Assembly: GCA_050951325.1 (NCBI GenBank)
Contig: JBMNIW010000008.1
Span: 224,001 to 288,000 of the forward strand
DNA length: 64,000 bases
DNA from: Clostridia bacterium
GTDB lineage: Bacteria; Bacillota; Clostridia; UBA1212; DUPL01
Direction: 5' to 3'
Notes under the pieces: generated by a model
Databases searched by the model: none
Told to the model about the DNA's origin: nothing
The model's input: the letters and a program-made list of their open reading frames with translations, nothing else
Shown here: piece after piece, positions 42,586 through 52,267 of the stretch
Numbering within the stretch: the stretch's first letter is position 1
How the letters are laid out: each line of letters starts with the position of its first letter
Made by a program: the position numbers and the translations under genes

Positions 42586-43461
42586 TCACTTTCCTTTCCT
42601 TTTAATTATAACAATCAATGCAGCTAAAATTATAACTGCGGAAACTGAGATTATTATAATCATTACTGTATTATTGCTCCTATCCGTATTATCATTCGGA
42701 TTAATCGTATTATCTGTGGTTGTGATAGTCCTTTTTTGAGTTTGTTTAATGGTAGGAGAAGGAGTAGATAAAGGTGTATTTGTCACTTCGGGTGTAGGGG
42801 TTTCAGGATCTCTTGTAACAAACTCACCTGTTATCATATCTAGGTAGTTAACTTTAGCAATTTTTACATTATCGAGAGATATCGAGTTATTATATGTGGC
42901 TATAAGAAATGTTCCGCTTTTATGAACATCATCTTCTGCTGTAAGTACAAGATTACCGTCTATATACCATTCGATGATTTTACCTTTGATTCTGAAACCC
43001 ATCTTGTACCAGGTGCCTTCCTTTACTTCAAACGCAGTACTGGCTAGTAAAGACTCAGAGCCTTTGGTATATGATCTGATTTTAAGCTGTTTAACAAGCG
43101 TGTGATATGCTACGTCATATTGATCATTACCGTTGTCATTTCGTCTGAACGAAACACCAAAGTTTGCGTCGACAGTGGAATTAATACTATCAAGCCTTAC
43201 ATCAAACATGACATCCATATCTTCATAATCATAATCAAGCTCAAGTTTGTCAATCCCTGTGAAACCCTCAGGTAAACTAATAAACCCGTTATTGTCTTCC
43301 TGTTTGTATTCCCAGTTAATATAATCGAAATAGTTTAAATCTCCGCTTTCATAATTCTCCTCAAAATACTGTGCCCTTTTGTCCGCAAAAACACTTTGTG
43401 TTGTTATCATTATAAATAAAAGTGTAATGGCACATACAAAAGCCTTTTTCCTTTTAACCAT
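42586..43461 (-). CDS. Secreted DUF1080/LamG-like domain protein with T/P linker and C-terminal TM
   Basis: Same DANFGVSFRR..GNDQYD domain; start ATG 43461 after GGGAGG. Confidence 0.7.
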   Translation of the reverse strand: MVKRKKAFVCAITLLFIMITTQSVFADKRAQYFEENYESGDLNYFDYINWEYKQEDNNGFISLPEGFTGIDKLELDYDYEDMDVMFDVRLDSINSTVDANFGVSFRRNDNGNDQYDVAYHTLVKQLKIRSYTKGSESLLASTAFEVKEGTWYKMGFRIKGKIIEWYIDGNLVLTAEDDVHKSGTFLIATYNNSISLDNVKIAKVNYLDMITGEFVTRDPETPTPEVTNTPLSTPSPTIKQTQKRTITTTDNTINPNDNTDRSNNTVMIIIISVSAVIILAALIVIIKRKGK

Positions 43462-43474
43462 TTTCTGTTCCTCC

Positions 43475-44515
43475 CTATTTAAAAATTCTTTGACCATAAA
43501 TATAAATATTAGACGGTATAGTTACTTTTCTGCATGCTATATCTTCCTTGTTAACTACCTTTAATGCATAATTTACACTTTCCAATCCTTGCTTTTTAAT
43601 TGATTGAACCAGCTCTCCATAAAGAATTCCTTCTTTAATATACTTGAAATTACTATTAGGTTTCTCACAACCAATACACGGAATTTTCAAGTTAAGTTTT
43701 TTAAGTGTAAGACAAACCTGAGGTATCAACCCGGTTGCGACAAATATACAATCAAACAAAGGAATATTTTCTTTTGCTATATATTCCTTATGTATAATTT
43801 GAGCCATTTTAGCTGCTATAGTAGTACTTGACCCTGGTCTGATTTCCCCTATTACTACCACTCCTTTCGGAAGGTAATCACAAAATCCCTGACAGCGTCT
43901 TTGAACCATATAATTGTCTTTTTCTCCATGTACTATTAGAACCCTAGGATTACTCAGTAAAAAATTCTGACAGGTCTCTGCGAATAATTTCCCATCACTG
44001 TATGTGTCTGCACCAATAAAACTTGTTTCATTTGTATCATCTATGTGTATGTATTCATTCAAAAATACTATAGGCTTGTTTAGTTTCTGAATTTCATTTT
44101 TCGATGTTTCACTACATGGCGGAACAATTATATAAGCATCTGGGTTAGAGTTCCTTGCTCTTTCTATGCAATATAAAAAATCATCATCCATATCAATATT
44201 CGAATAAACAAATATCTCTAGACTTACTGTTTTATTATCTATTGCTTCTATTGCTTCCTGCATTCCTCTTTGCGCTTCAGACCAGAAATAGATAGGGTTT
44301 GAAGGAATAAGAGCTGCTATTATGCATCTTTCTGCTTTTTGCCTGCTATTTTTCGCTTGGGGAAAATAATTGAGTTCTTGAGCAGTTTTTAAGATTCTAG
44401 CCTTTAATTCCAAATCAACACTAGCACTGCTATGAAGCGCATTATATACCGTTCTTATTGATGTGCCATTAATTTCAGCTATCTTTTTCAGTGTTACAGT
44501 ACCATCCAATGTCAT
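43475..44515 (-). CDS. LacI-family transcriptional regulator
   Basis: TLKKIAE..G.S..TV..AL...RIL..A.ELNY.P HTH plus periplasmic-binding-type domain; start ATG 44515 or TTG 44509. Confidence 0.88.
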   Translation of the reverse strand: MTLDGTVTLKKIAEINGTSIRTVYNALHSSASVDLELKARILKTAQELNYFPQAKNSRQKAERCIIAALIPSNPIYFWSEAQRGMQEAIEAIDNKTVSLEIFVYSNIDMDDDFLYCIERARNSNPDAYIIVPPCSETSKNEIQKLNKPIVFLNEYIHIDDTNETSFIGADTYSDGKLFAETCQNFLLSNPRVLIVHGEKDNYMVQRRCQGFCDYLPKGVVVIGEIRPGSSTTIAAKMAQIIHKEYIAKENIPLFDCIFVATGLIPQVCLTLKKLNLKIPCIGCEKPNSNFKYIKEGILYGELVQSIKKQGLESVNYALKVVNKEDIACRKVTIPSNIYIYGQRIFK

Positions 44516-44550
44516 TCCCCCCGTTTGCTCGGTTTTTATGTCTATAATTC

Positions 44551-44581
44551 TATTTAAGCTCTGATTTGATAACAATGTAAA
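44551..44581 (+). repeat. 31-bp direct repeat, copy 1 (upstream of lacI)
   Basis: TATTTAAGCTCTGATTTGATAACAATGTAAA identical to 47264-47294. Confidence 0.9.
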
Positions 44582-44685
44582 TACACAACAAAATTTCAAC
44601 CTATTTTTTGTGCACATTTAACAATAACAACAGACTAATAAGGTGCAATCAGCAAAAATCAGATCCAGAGGGTTCCGTTCTAAAA

Positions 44686-45291
44686 AGACCAACTATTAAA
44701 AGTCAAGCCCTAAATTAAAGATTTTTAATAATTTGGAAAAAAGTTTTTAGACTAAGTTGAACCTTGATAATTGCATGACGAAATAAGCCCCACAAAAAGA
44801 GCTGTTTTTAAGAGTATATTTTATGTGGCAACTATACCTGGCTAACGAACGACTTGTTTGTTTTCACTAAGTGGAAAATTACTCGCGTTAGTTTCTTAGT
44901 TGCATGGGAAACAGCCACGTTATAGGGTTTTCCCTCAGCGCGTTTTTTGTTAAGATACTGATTAAAACCAGCATCCCAACGACAAACAAACTTTGCGGCG
45001 TTGAATAGTGCGTAACGAAGGTATTTAGAGCCACGCTTAACCATTTTTGCATGTGTAGATGTCAGTTGACCAGATTGATACACAGACGGTTCTAAGCCAG
45101 CAAATGCAAGTACCTTTTCCGCTGACTCAAAGTTAGAGAGATTGTCTGTCTCGGCAATGATAATTGCTGCCATGCGGTAAGAGATGCCTGGTATTGTCAT
45201 AATAGGACTATTGAAACTATCAACGATTGGTTTGATGCGTTCCTCAATCTGTTCTATCTGTTTCTCCATAACTTGGATGAGTTGTATTGTT
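44686..45291 (-). mobile_element. IS110-family remnant (C-terminal transposase half plus right non-coding end), truncated by IS1634
   Basis: TIPGI...AA.II.E, AFAGL.PS.YQSG, KRGSKYLR.AL (Transposase_20 domain); the N-terminal DEDD domain is missing. Confidence 0.85.
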
Positions 45292-47262
45292 TCGATAGTT
45301 TGACACTTGCTCACATATCCGATTTTCAGAAAAGCTCATAATATGAGCTTTTTTTATATATTTTTTGTCAAATTTCCCTAGTTAGCTATTGCGTAATGTC
45401 TCGTAATGTGATATAATATCAGGTATTGGAGGTGTCATTATGGCTATTAGAGTATCAATATCTAAATCAAAAAATGCCAAGTCATACTATCTGATAGAAG
45501 ATGTTGTGAAAAATGGAAAGAGAACAACGCAGATAAGAGAAAAACTTGGCACTCATGAGGAACTGCTTAAAGAACTTAACGGACAAGATCCGTATGAATG
45601 GGCTAAGAAATACGCCGAGGAACTAAATAGAAAAGAAAAAGAAAACAAACAGGAAAAGAATATTATCGTTAAGTATTCCCCCACCAAGCAAATTATGAAG
45701 AATAAACAGAATACATTTAATGGCGGTTACCTGTTCTTGCAGAAAATCTATTATGAACTGGGTTTGCATAAGATTTGCGATGAAATATCTGAAAAATACA
45801 AGTTTGAATATGACTTGAACTCAATACTCTCGAGACTACTATACAGTAGAATAATATACCCTTCCTCAAAACTATCTACGTATAAATTATCAAAAAGATT
45901 TTTTGAGCAGCCCAATTTTGACTTGCATCATATATACCGGGCCTTAAGTGTTTTGGCGGAAGAAAATGATTTCATACAAGCCACAATCTATGAGAACAGT
46001 AAAAAAATATGCAATAGAAATACCAAAATACTATACTACGACTGTACAAACTATTATTTTGAAATTGATTACGAGGAAGATGACAAGAGGTATGGTTATG
46101 GGAAGGATCATAAGCCAAATCCCATAGTGCAAATGGGACTGTTCATGGACGGAAGCGGCATCCCTCTTGCTTTTAGCATCAATAGAGGTAATGCCAATGA
46201 ACAAACAACAATGGTACCACTGGAAGAAAAGATACTATCTGACTTTAATCTGGCAAAATTTATTGTTTGTACAGATGCCGGATTGTCATCAACAGCAAAC
46301 CAGAAATTCAACGACAAAGGCGACAGGGCTTTTATCACAACCCAGTCTGTAAAAAAACTAAAAGAACACTTGAAAAACTGGGCCTTGAAACCGACGGGAT
46401 GGAGTTTGCCAAATGACAGTACAGAATATGACATCAGCAAACTTGATGAAGAAGAATACAAGGACAAGGTTTTTTACAAAGATCGTTGGATTAAGGAAGA
46501 CGGTTTGGAACAGAAACTAATAGTGACATTTTCATTCAAGTACAGAAAATATCAACAGAAAAAGCGCCAAGTTCATATCGAAAAGGCATTAAGCTTGCTT
46601 GAAACAGAACCGCAAAAATCAAACAAGAAGCGAAACAGCGACTACAAACGTTTTATCAAAAGCGTTAATTGCACAGAAAGTGGAGAGATAGCCGATAATG
46701 AAGTTTATTATATTGACGAAGAACTTATTGCCAACGAGCAGAAATATGATGGGTTCTATGCGGTATGCACAAACCTTGATGATGATGCTTCAGAAATTGC
46801 AAAAATCAACCATAGACGCTGGGAAATAGAAGAATGTTTTAGAATAATGAAAAGTGAGTTCAAAGCCAGACCTGTTCATTTGAAAGACAAGGATAGGATA
46901 ATTGCACATTTTGCTACATGTTTTATGGCATTAATTCTGTATAGAATACTCGAGAAAAGACTTGAAGAAAAATATACATGCTGTGAAATTATTCAGTGTT
47001 TGAGAGATATGAATTTTACAGACGAAAATGGGTATGGATACAAACCTTGTTATACAAGAACCGACTTGACTGATGATTTGCATAACGTTTTCGGATTCAG
47101 GACTGACTATGAAATAATTACAGAGAAAGAGATGAAAAAAATATTCAAGCTCACTAAAAAGTAAAAACATTACGCATTTTTATTGACACATTAAGAAGTC
47201 TACAAACCCACTAAATACAAGGGTTTGTAGACTTTTATCTTTCTACAAGTGTCAAAGATGAG
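45292..47262 (+). mobile_element. IS1634-family insertion sequence
   Basis: Imperfect terminal IRs sharing TTTGACACTTG / CAAGTGTCAAA; internal promoter TTGCGT-N17-TATAAT at 45389-45417; hairpin at 47196-47234. Confidence 0.85.
45440..47164 (+). CDS. IS1634-family transposase, 574 aa, intact
   Basis: YYDCTNYYFE, YG..KDHKPNPIVQMGLFMD..GIPLAF, CTDAGL, RWEIEECFRIMKSEF.ARP. Confidence 0.93.
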   Translation: MAIRVSISKSKNAKSYYLIEDVVKNGKRTTQIREKLGTHEELLKELNGQDPYEWAKKYAEELNRKEKENKQEKNIIVKYSPTKQIMKNKQNTFNGGYLFLQKIYYELGLHKICDEISEKYKFEYDLNSILSRLLYSRIIYPSSKLSTYKLSKRFFEQPNFDLHHIYRALSVLAEENDFIQATIYENSKKICNRNTKILYYDCTNYYFEIDYEEDDKRYGYGKDHKPNPIVQMGLFMDGSGIPLAFSINRGNANEQTTMVPLEEKILSDFNLAKFIVCTDAGLSSTANQKFNDKGDRAFITTQSVKKLKEHLKNWALKPTGWSLPNDSTEYDISKLDEEEYKDKVFYKDRWIKEDGLEQKLIVTFSFKYRKYQQKKRQVHIEKALSLLETEPQKSNKKRNSDYKRFIKSVNCTESGEIADNEVYYIDEELIANEQKYDGFYAVCTNLDDDASEIAKINHRRWEIEECFRIMKSEFKARPVHLKDKDRIIAHFATCFMALILYRILEKRLEEKYTCCEIIQCLRDMNFTDENGYGYKPCYTRTDLTDDLHNVFGFRTDYEIITEKEMKKIFKLTKK

Positions 47263-47263
47263 A

Positions 47264-47294
47264 TATTTAAGCTCTGATTTGATAACAATGTAAA
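47264..47294 (+). repeat. 31-bp direct repeat, copy 2 (beside the IS1634 right end)
   Basis: Identical to 44551-44581. Confidence 0.9.
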
Positions 47295-47505
47295 GTACAA
47301 AATAGCGAGGAACCTTATTTCATTTGTACCCTATAGCATACTAACCGACAACAAGCTTATTTGTTGTTTTTATAAACTTAGCAGAAATAGGTCTTCTTAA
47401 TTTCCAAACTATATTCATAGGTCTTGAGCCCTCATGACTTACATAATCAGCTAATCCCAGGAATGTATAAGTTAAAGCACCATATGTATCTTTTTTATAC
47501 TCACA

Positions 47506-49015
47506 GTGGGATTTAGCCTTTACTCGTATTTTACTATCTTTTTCACCTTATATCAATAGCAATATCAAATTTAATGCATTTTCCCATAATTTATTTTACG
47601 AAAAGGCAGTCTTCCCCCTTTCCCCCAATATTATCACAGCGCGCTATTAACTTTTTTTGACCTCTATGCAGTGCTAAACATATACTCTGGACCTCTTTTT
47701 ATAAGATGCAATCCTTTTATCAATAACCTTACCAATTCTACTTGTGTGACTACCGACTTCCTTATTCTTCTATAGTAAAATAGTCTGACCAAGTTTGCTG
47801 CTATGAATTTCAAACACAGGACTGCTTCTATTGCATCTCCCCCGTGGACATAACAATGCTCTAAGCCACATTCCTTTTTCAGATAATTAAATATTGAGTT
47901 TTCAATGTCTTGCCTTCCTCGAATAATCCTAAATATTGTATCTAGTTTCATACCCATGCAAGTTGTCACAATCATTATCTGAGAATATTTTTTATTCTGT
48001 TTCTTCATTCTAAATTTAACAAACCTTAAATCTTTTTCGACATTCTTCATTCGAAAGAAACTCTCATATACAGTAACACTTTCATAGGAAACATCGTCTT
48101 CCCACACCACAACTGGTTCTGATTTGTTTACCTGCTTTTTTATTTCTTTAACACTTTTTATATTGTTACATTTAACTCTGACAATTGCATCTACAGCTGA
48201 CTCGTCGCAAGCATTAAGCCATTCAGAGTTGCATCCCAATGCATCATATACTACTACATTAATTAAATCCTTATGGTCGGCAGTAGTTCTTTTTAGTAAA
48301 CGTTTTGCAGTTGTTAGTTCTCCTTCATCTTTTTCTGCTTTATCTATACCTGCCCTATATGGCTCAAAGTCCAAAACCAGCCTTGCACGATCGCCTATTG
48401 TCGATAACACAACACTACTATGGAAATTTCTCTCTTCCTTTTTGCCTTTCTTACTCGCTTTTAAACACCTATCACAACTTTTCCTGTCACTATTAAACGT
48501 TTGTGTGCCATCTATAGCTGCGACCACATAACCATCTATTGTGCCATTTGTAAACACTTTATTTTCTCTAGCTTTGCGAACAGTATCCTTCAAAATTGCT
48601 CTTATTTTACTTACATCAATAACCTTTAACGTGTCGCGAATTGCATCTATTTTTGGAAGCTTACATCCCCTAGGCAACAAATTCTTAAACTCATTTTTTA
48701 CAATATAATTATTTAACTCATTGAAGCTTCTTGTTCTTATTATAAAACCAAAAAGAACCGGTAAAACTACAAGTTTTGTTTTGAATGTAGGATTCTTTCT
48801 TCCATCAGTGAGGTTATTTAAGCCTTTTTCGACATCAAAGACATTCTTCATATATTTTACTAATTTTGCTAAGTAGTTCTTTCTCAAATCTATCGTTCCC
48901 TTATTATTTAATTTTGATTATTTTAACAGAATTCAGCCCGAATTTGCAACACCTCTAATTTTACGTCAAAACCGCATAACTATGGGCTTTTTCGAGAACA
49001 GAGGCTAAATCCCTG
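47506..49015 (-). mobile_element. Insertion sequence, IS4-superfamily/ISNCY-like DDE (copy 2)
   Basis: Same terminal IRs and orientation as 36104-37611. Confidence 0.9.
47664..48887 (-). CDS. DDE transposase, 407 aa (paralog of 36260-37483)
   Basis: Identical N-terminal ~180 aa, diverged middle. Confidence 0.9.
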   Translation of the reverse strand: MRKNYLAKLVKYMKNVFDVEKGLNNLTDGRKNPTFKTKLVVLPVLFGFIIRTRSFNELNNYIVKNEFKNLLPRGCKLPKIDAIRDTLKVIDVSKIRAILKDTVRKARENKVFTNGTIDGYVVAAIDGTQTFNSDRKSCDRCLKASKKGKKEERNFHSSVVLSTIGDRARLVLDFEPYRAGIDKAEKDEGELTTAKRLLKRTTADHKDLINVVVYDALGCNSEWLNACDESAVDAIVRVKCNNIKSVKEIKKQVNKSEPVVVWEDDVSYESVTVYESFFRMKNVEKDLRFVKFRMKKQNKKYSQIMIVTTCMGMKLDTIFRIIRGRQDIENSIFNYLKKECGLEHCYVHGGDAIEAVLCLKFIAANLVRLFYYRRIRKSVVTQVELVRLLIKGLHLIKRGPEYMFSTA

Positions 49016-49124
49016 GTTCATCATTGCATAACGCATTTAGTTCAATACGGGTACCGACCGGATACATTTGCTTTAATCGCTCTTTTTGCCTTTGTAAAAC
49101 TTCACCTGATTGAAACTTGTGCAT
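49016..49124 (-). pseudogene. DUF4314-like protein, truncated by IS copy 2
   Basis: RBS AGGAGG; MHKFQSGEVLQRQKERLKQMYPVGTRIELNALCNDE with the YPxGTRxEL motif, cut at the IS end. Confidence 0.65.
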
Positions 49125-49290
49125 ACTGTTTAACCTCCTAAAAATAGAATAAGCCTGCTGGTTTTCATTTCAGCAGGCTATGTAAAGATTTCTATAAAAA
49201 GAGCCATCACGCGAAGTTCACCTATAAATAGTGGTAAAACAGCGTTTTGGCATCTATAAAACGAAAGTCTTTTTTTCTATCTATAAATAG

Positions 49291-49321
49291 CGAAAAACCC
49301 GCTAACCAAGCGGGTTTTTCG
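49291..49321 (-). terminator. Terminator downstream of ssrA
   Basis: CGAAAAACCCGCT-aacca-AGCGGGTTTTTCG. Confidence 0.8.
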
Positions 49322-49349
49322 TGTATGCATCTTTTTTGTCAGATGATTA

Positions 49350-49732
49350 TGGTGGAGATGGCGGGAGTTGAACCCGCGTCCGAAACCATATCCTCATAAA
49401 CGTCTACGAGTGTAGTCCATTCTTTTTCATTCCCTACGGCAATCCTCAATGGACAGAGTCTTGCTTTCGGTAGCTTCATAGGTACCGATATGCCTCAAAG
49501 CTTTGGCATACCTGTTCCCAGTATTGACCACCCTACTGGAAGGCCCGTCTTACTGACGCCGATTACTGAAGGCACGGGTTACCCTCAGGTCGACGAAGCC
49601 GCTACTTAAGCAGCTTGGAGTGCTAAATTATCGTTAGCGTTTATTTTTTTCTCTCGTTTTTTAAAGAGGCCAACGAGAATCCTCTACTCGCAGTTTATGC
49701 CTCAATGACCCCGTCGAAACCAGTACATCCCC
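49350..49732 (-). ncRNA. ssrA: tmRNA; tag peptide (A)ANDNLALQAA* at 49606-49638
   Basis: 5' GGGGATGTACTGGTTTCGAC, 3' GACGCGGGTTCAACTCCCGCCATCTCCACCA, tag ORF after ATAAAC; directly downstream of smpB. Confidence 0.97.
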
Positions 49733-49737
49733 ATATA

Positions 49738-50202
49738 TTATACTCTAAAACTTTCCTTTAGCTGCCTGTCTATCTCTCTTTGAGAATCTTTCTTGGCTAT
49801 GGCTTCTCGTTTGTCATAAAGCTTCTTTCCTTTTGCTACCCCCAGCAGAACCTTAACCTTTCCCCTAAGGAAATAAAGCTCCAATGGTACAAGGGTGAAA
49901 CCCTTCTGCTGAATATAACCAATAAGCTTCCTTATTTCACTTCTGTGAAGAAGAAGCTTTCTGTCACGCAATGGTTCCTGGTTGAATATGTTTCCATGAT
50001 CATAAGGACTTACATGCATACCACATACAAACACTTCTCCGTTACGAATAACTGCATATGAATCCTTCAAATTCACATGGCCGTTTCTAATAGACTTTAC
50101 CTCAGTACCAGCAAGGACAATACCGCATTCATAAGTCTCTAGAATAGTATATTCAAATCTGGCTTTTCTGTTCTGCGTTATTATCTTCTTACCAGCACTC
50201 AC
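49738..50202 (-). CDS. smpB: SsrA-binding protein
   Basis: [37 protein letters not shown]. Confidence 0.98.
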   Translation of the reverse strand: MSAGKKIITQNRKARFEYTILETYECGIVLAGTEVKSIRNGHVNLKDSYAVIRNGEVFVCGMHVSPYDHGNIFNQEPLRDRKLLLHRSEIRKLIGYIQQKGFTLVPLELYFLRGKVKVLLGVAKGKKLYDKREAIAKKDSQREIDRQLKESFRV

Positions 50203-50286
50203 AATCCATTACCTCCATCTTCAACAGAAATATATTTTATCTCATTTTTGTTAAATAGTCAAATGTATAAAATTGAAATTATCCAA

Positions 50287-50751
50287 TCATACAATATAGT
50301 GTTCTTCAGTTCTATCCTCTCCAAATATTCTGTAATCCTCATAATATTCTAGGTCATCATACTTGGTAGTGATTGTCAGAATCTCCAAATACATATTGTT
50401 TGCAAATCGGATAATAAGATCTTTGTTGTCAAATGTCGCACTGACGACTTCTGTTGAATACAGCTTATCCCTATATTCATTTATTGCATAGTCAAATAAT
50501 GTGGTACCTACTTTTGTCCATTTAAACTTTTTCTTTTTATACTCGGGGCTAGGAGAAAACATATTTTGAGTACATATGGCAAGAGTGTTGTCTGAATCAA
50601 AAATTCTGATATAGCATTGTGTATGTATTTTAAGTTTCTTTTTACCAGGCAACTCGAATACAAATCCAACCAAATCCAGTACTCTGTAAATATCAATTAA
50701 TCTCGCTTTCTGCATTAAGCCGTTTATATCATTCCTTATCTCATTGTACAT
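50287..50751 (-). CDS. Hypothetical protein
   Basis: ORF with GGAGG RBS before ATG 50751; no recognised motif. Confidence 0.65.
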   Translation of the reverse strand: MYNEIRNDINGLMQKARLIDIYRVLDLVGFVFELPGKKKLKIHTQCYIRIFDSDNTLAICTQNMFSPSPEYKKKKFKWTKVGTTLFDYAINEYRDKLYSTEVVSATFDNKDLIIRFANNMYLEILTITTKYDDLEYYEDYRIFGEDRTEEHYIV

Positions 50752-50827
50752 AATCTGACCTCCAAAATGCAAATGACGCCAGTCAAAATGATGACCGACG
50801 TCATTAGTTATAACCATTTATTATGCA

Positions 50828-52249
50828 TTATGCATTCTCAACAGTTTCTTGAACTTTTCTCTTCTTTACCCAGTCACCTATGCTCAAGACAAGATTCAGC
50901 AAAATGCCGAATATGGCTGCTGTTGCCACACATGGTATGTCGAGCCCGAAGAATGGAATATTACCGGTTCCGCCAAATCCATAGTTGCCACCAAGACCTA
51001 TCACCATTATACATGCCATTACTGCAATATTCTTGGCGCTGAACATGTCCACTTTTTTCTCAACCATGATCGCAACACCTTGTGCAGCGATAGCTCCGAA
51101 CAGATATATCTCAAGCCCGCCAATAACAGCAGCTGGAATTGCATAGATTATACTAATCAATGGGGTGAAGCAGGCAATAATCATTGAAATCAAAGCTGCA
51201 ACAACCAAGACATGTACGGAGAATACTCTTGTAATTGCCATTGCACTGATGTTCTCTCCATAGTTGGTACCAGCAGGACCACCAATCGCACCTGCTACGA
51301 TGTCTCCAATACCATCACCAATCAGGTTCAAACCAAGCTTGCTGGCAAGATCATACTTCTTTTCAGAATTCTTCTTTCTAGCCAAATCCTTTACATAAAT
51401 ATCAAGCTGATAGATATGTGCAGTAGACTCGGGTATCGTTGCAAGAGCTATAGGCATTATCGCAACAACTGCCCTCATATTTGGTTTTGGGAAAGTAATA
51501 TTTGGAAGGGCGAACAATCCATTATCCTGAATTGCTGCTGGAACAATTTTGAACAGATTAACATCTGCTGTCAAATAGATAATGAAAGCTGCAAGACATC
51601 CTACCATTGGTCCAAGGATAAGAGGAAGTTGTCCCCAGATGCCTTTCAAATAAACAGAGAACAGTATTGTAGCAATCAAAGTAATCAAACCAACAACCAA
51701 GGCCATGGACTGAGCGTTGTTTCCCGCTGCCAGAACCGCATCCCCTTGTTCGTCAACGCCTCTGAATATGGACTGTGAGTCTTCAATAGCAGTTCCTGCC
51801 AGAGTCAGACCAATAACCATTGCTATTGGACCTGTAATGTGAGCTGGCAGTACCTTTTCAATGGATTCCTTTCCAAACTGCTTTACAATCAAACCAGCTA
51901 TAATTGAAACGAAACCCGACATTACAATACCGAATTGCGCCATGCGAATTTTATCATCCAAGGAATATCCTGATAGTTCCTCAAGAGCCATCAAGCTGCC
52001 TATTGCAGTTACATATGAAAAGCTGGAACCATAATACAGCGGAATCTTTCTTCCTGTTACAAGGATGAAACACAATGTAGCCAAACCACTAGCAAATATA
52101 GTGGTGGAAATGTGAAAGCCAGTAATAATTGCAACAGCAACAGTAGCAGGGAACATAACGATAACTTGCTGCAGAGCGTATAATATCAGTTTCCATACTG
52201 GTGGCCGTTCATCTGGTAAGTAACCAACAATTTTTTTGTCATCTTGCAT
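50828..52249 (-). CDS. pyrP: Uracil permease (NCS2 family)
   Basis: YYGSSFSY, IPESTAH, GGPAGTNYGEN NCS2 signature; downstream of pyrR. Confidence 0.88.
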   Translation of the reverse strand: MQDDKKIVGYLPDERPPVWKLILYALQQVIVMFPATVAVAIITGFHISTTIFASGLATLCFILVTGRKIPLYYGSSFSYVTAIGSLMALEELSGYSLDDKIRMAQFGIVMSGFVSIIAGLIVKQFGKESIEKVLPAHITGPIAMVIGLTLAGTAIEDSQSIFRGVDEQGDAVLAAGNNAQSMALVVGLITLIATILFSVYLKGIWGQLPLILGPMVGCLAAFIIYLTADVNLFKIVPAAIQDNGLFALPNITFPKPNMRAVVAIMPIALATIPESTAHIYQLDIYVKDLARKKNSEKKYDLASKLGLNLIGDGIGDIVAGAIGGPAGTNYGENISAMAITRVFSVHVLVVAALISMIIACFTPLISIIYAIPAAVIGGLEIYLFGAIAAQGVAIMVEKKVDMFSAKNIAVMACIMVIGLGGNYGFGGTGNIPFFGLDIPCVATAAIFGILLNLVLSIGDWVKKRKVQETVENA

Positions 52250-52267
52250 AATAATCCCCCTATAGTA

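Noticed and set aside
45292-45314. Start of the 160-aa IS110 ORF (MSKCQTIE)
   Set aside because: These codons come from the IS1634 left end, not a genuine start
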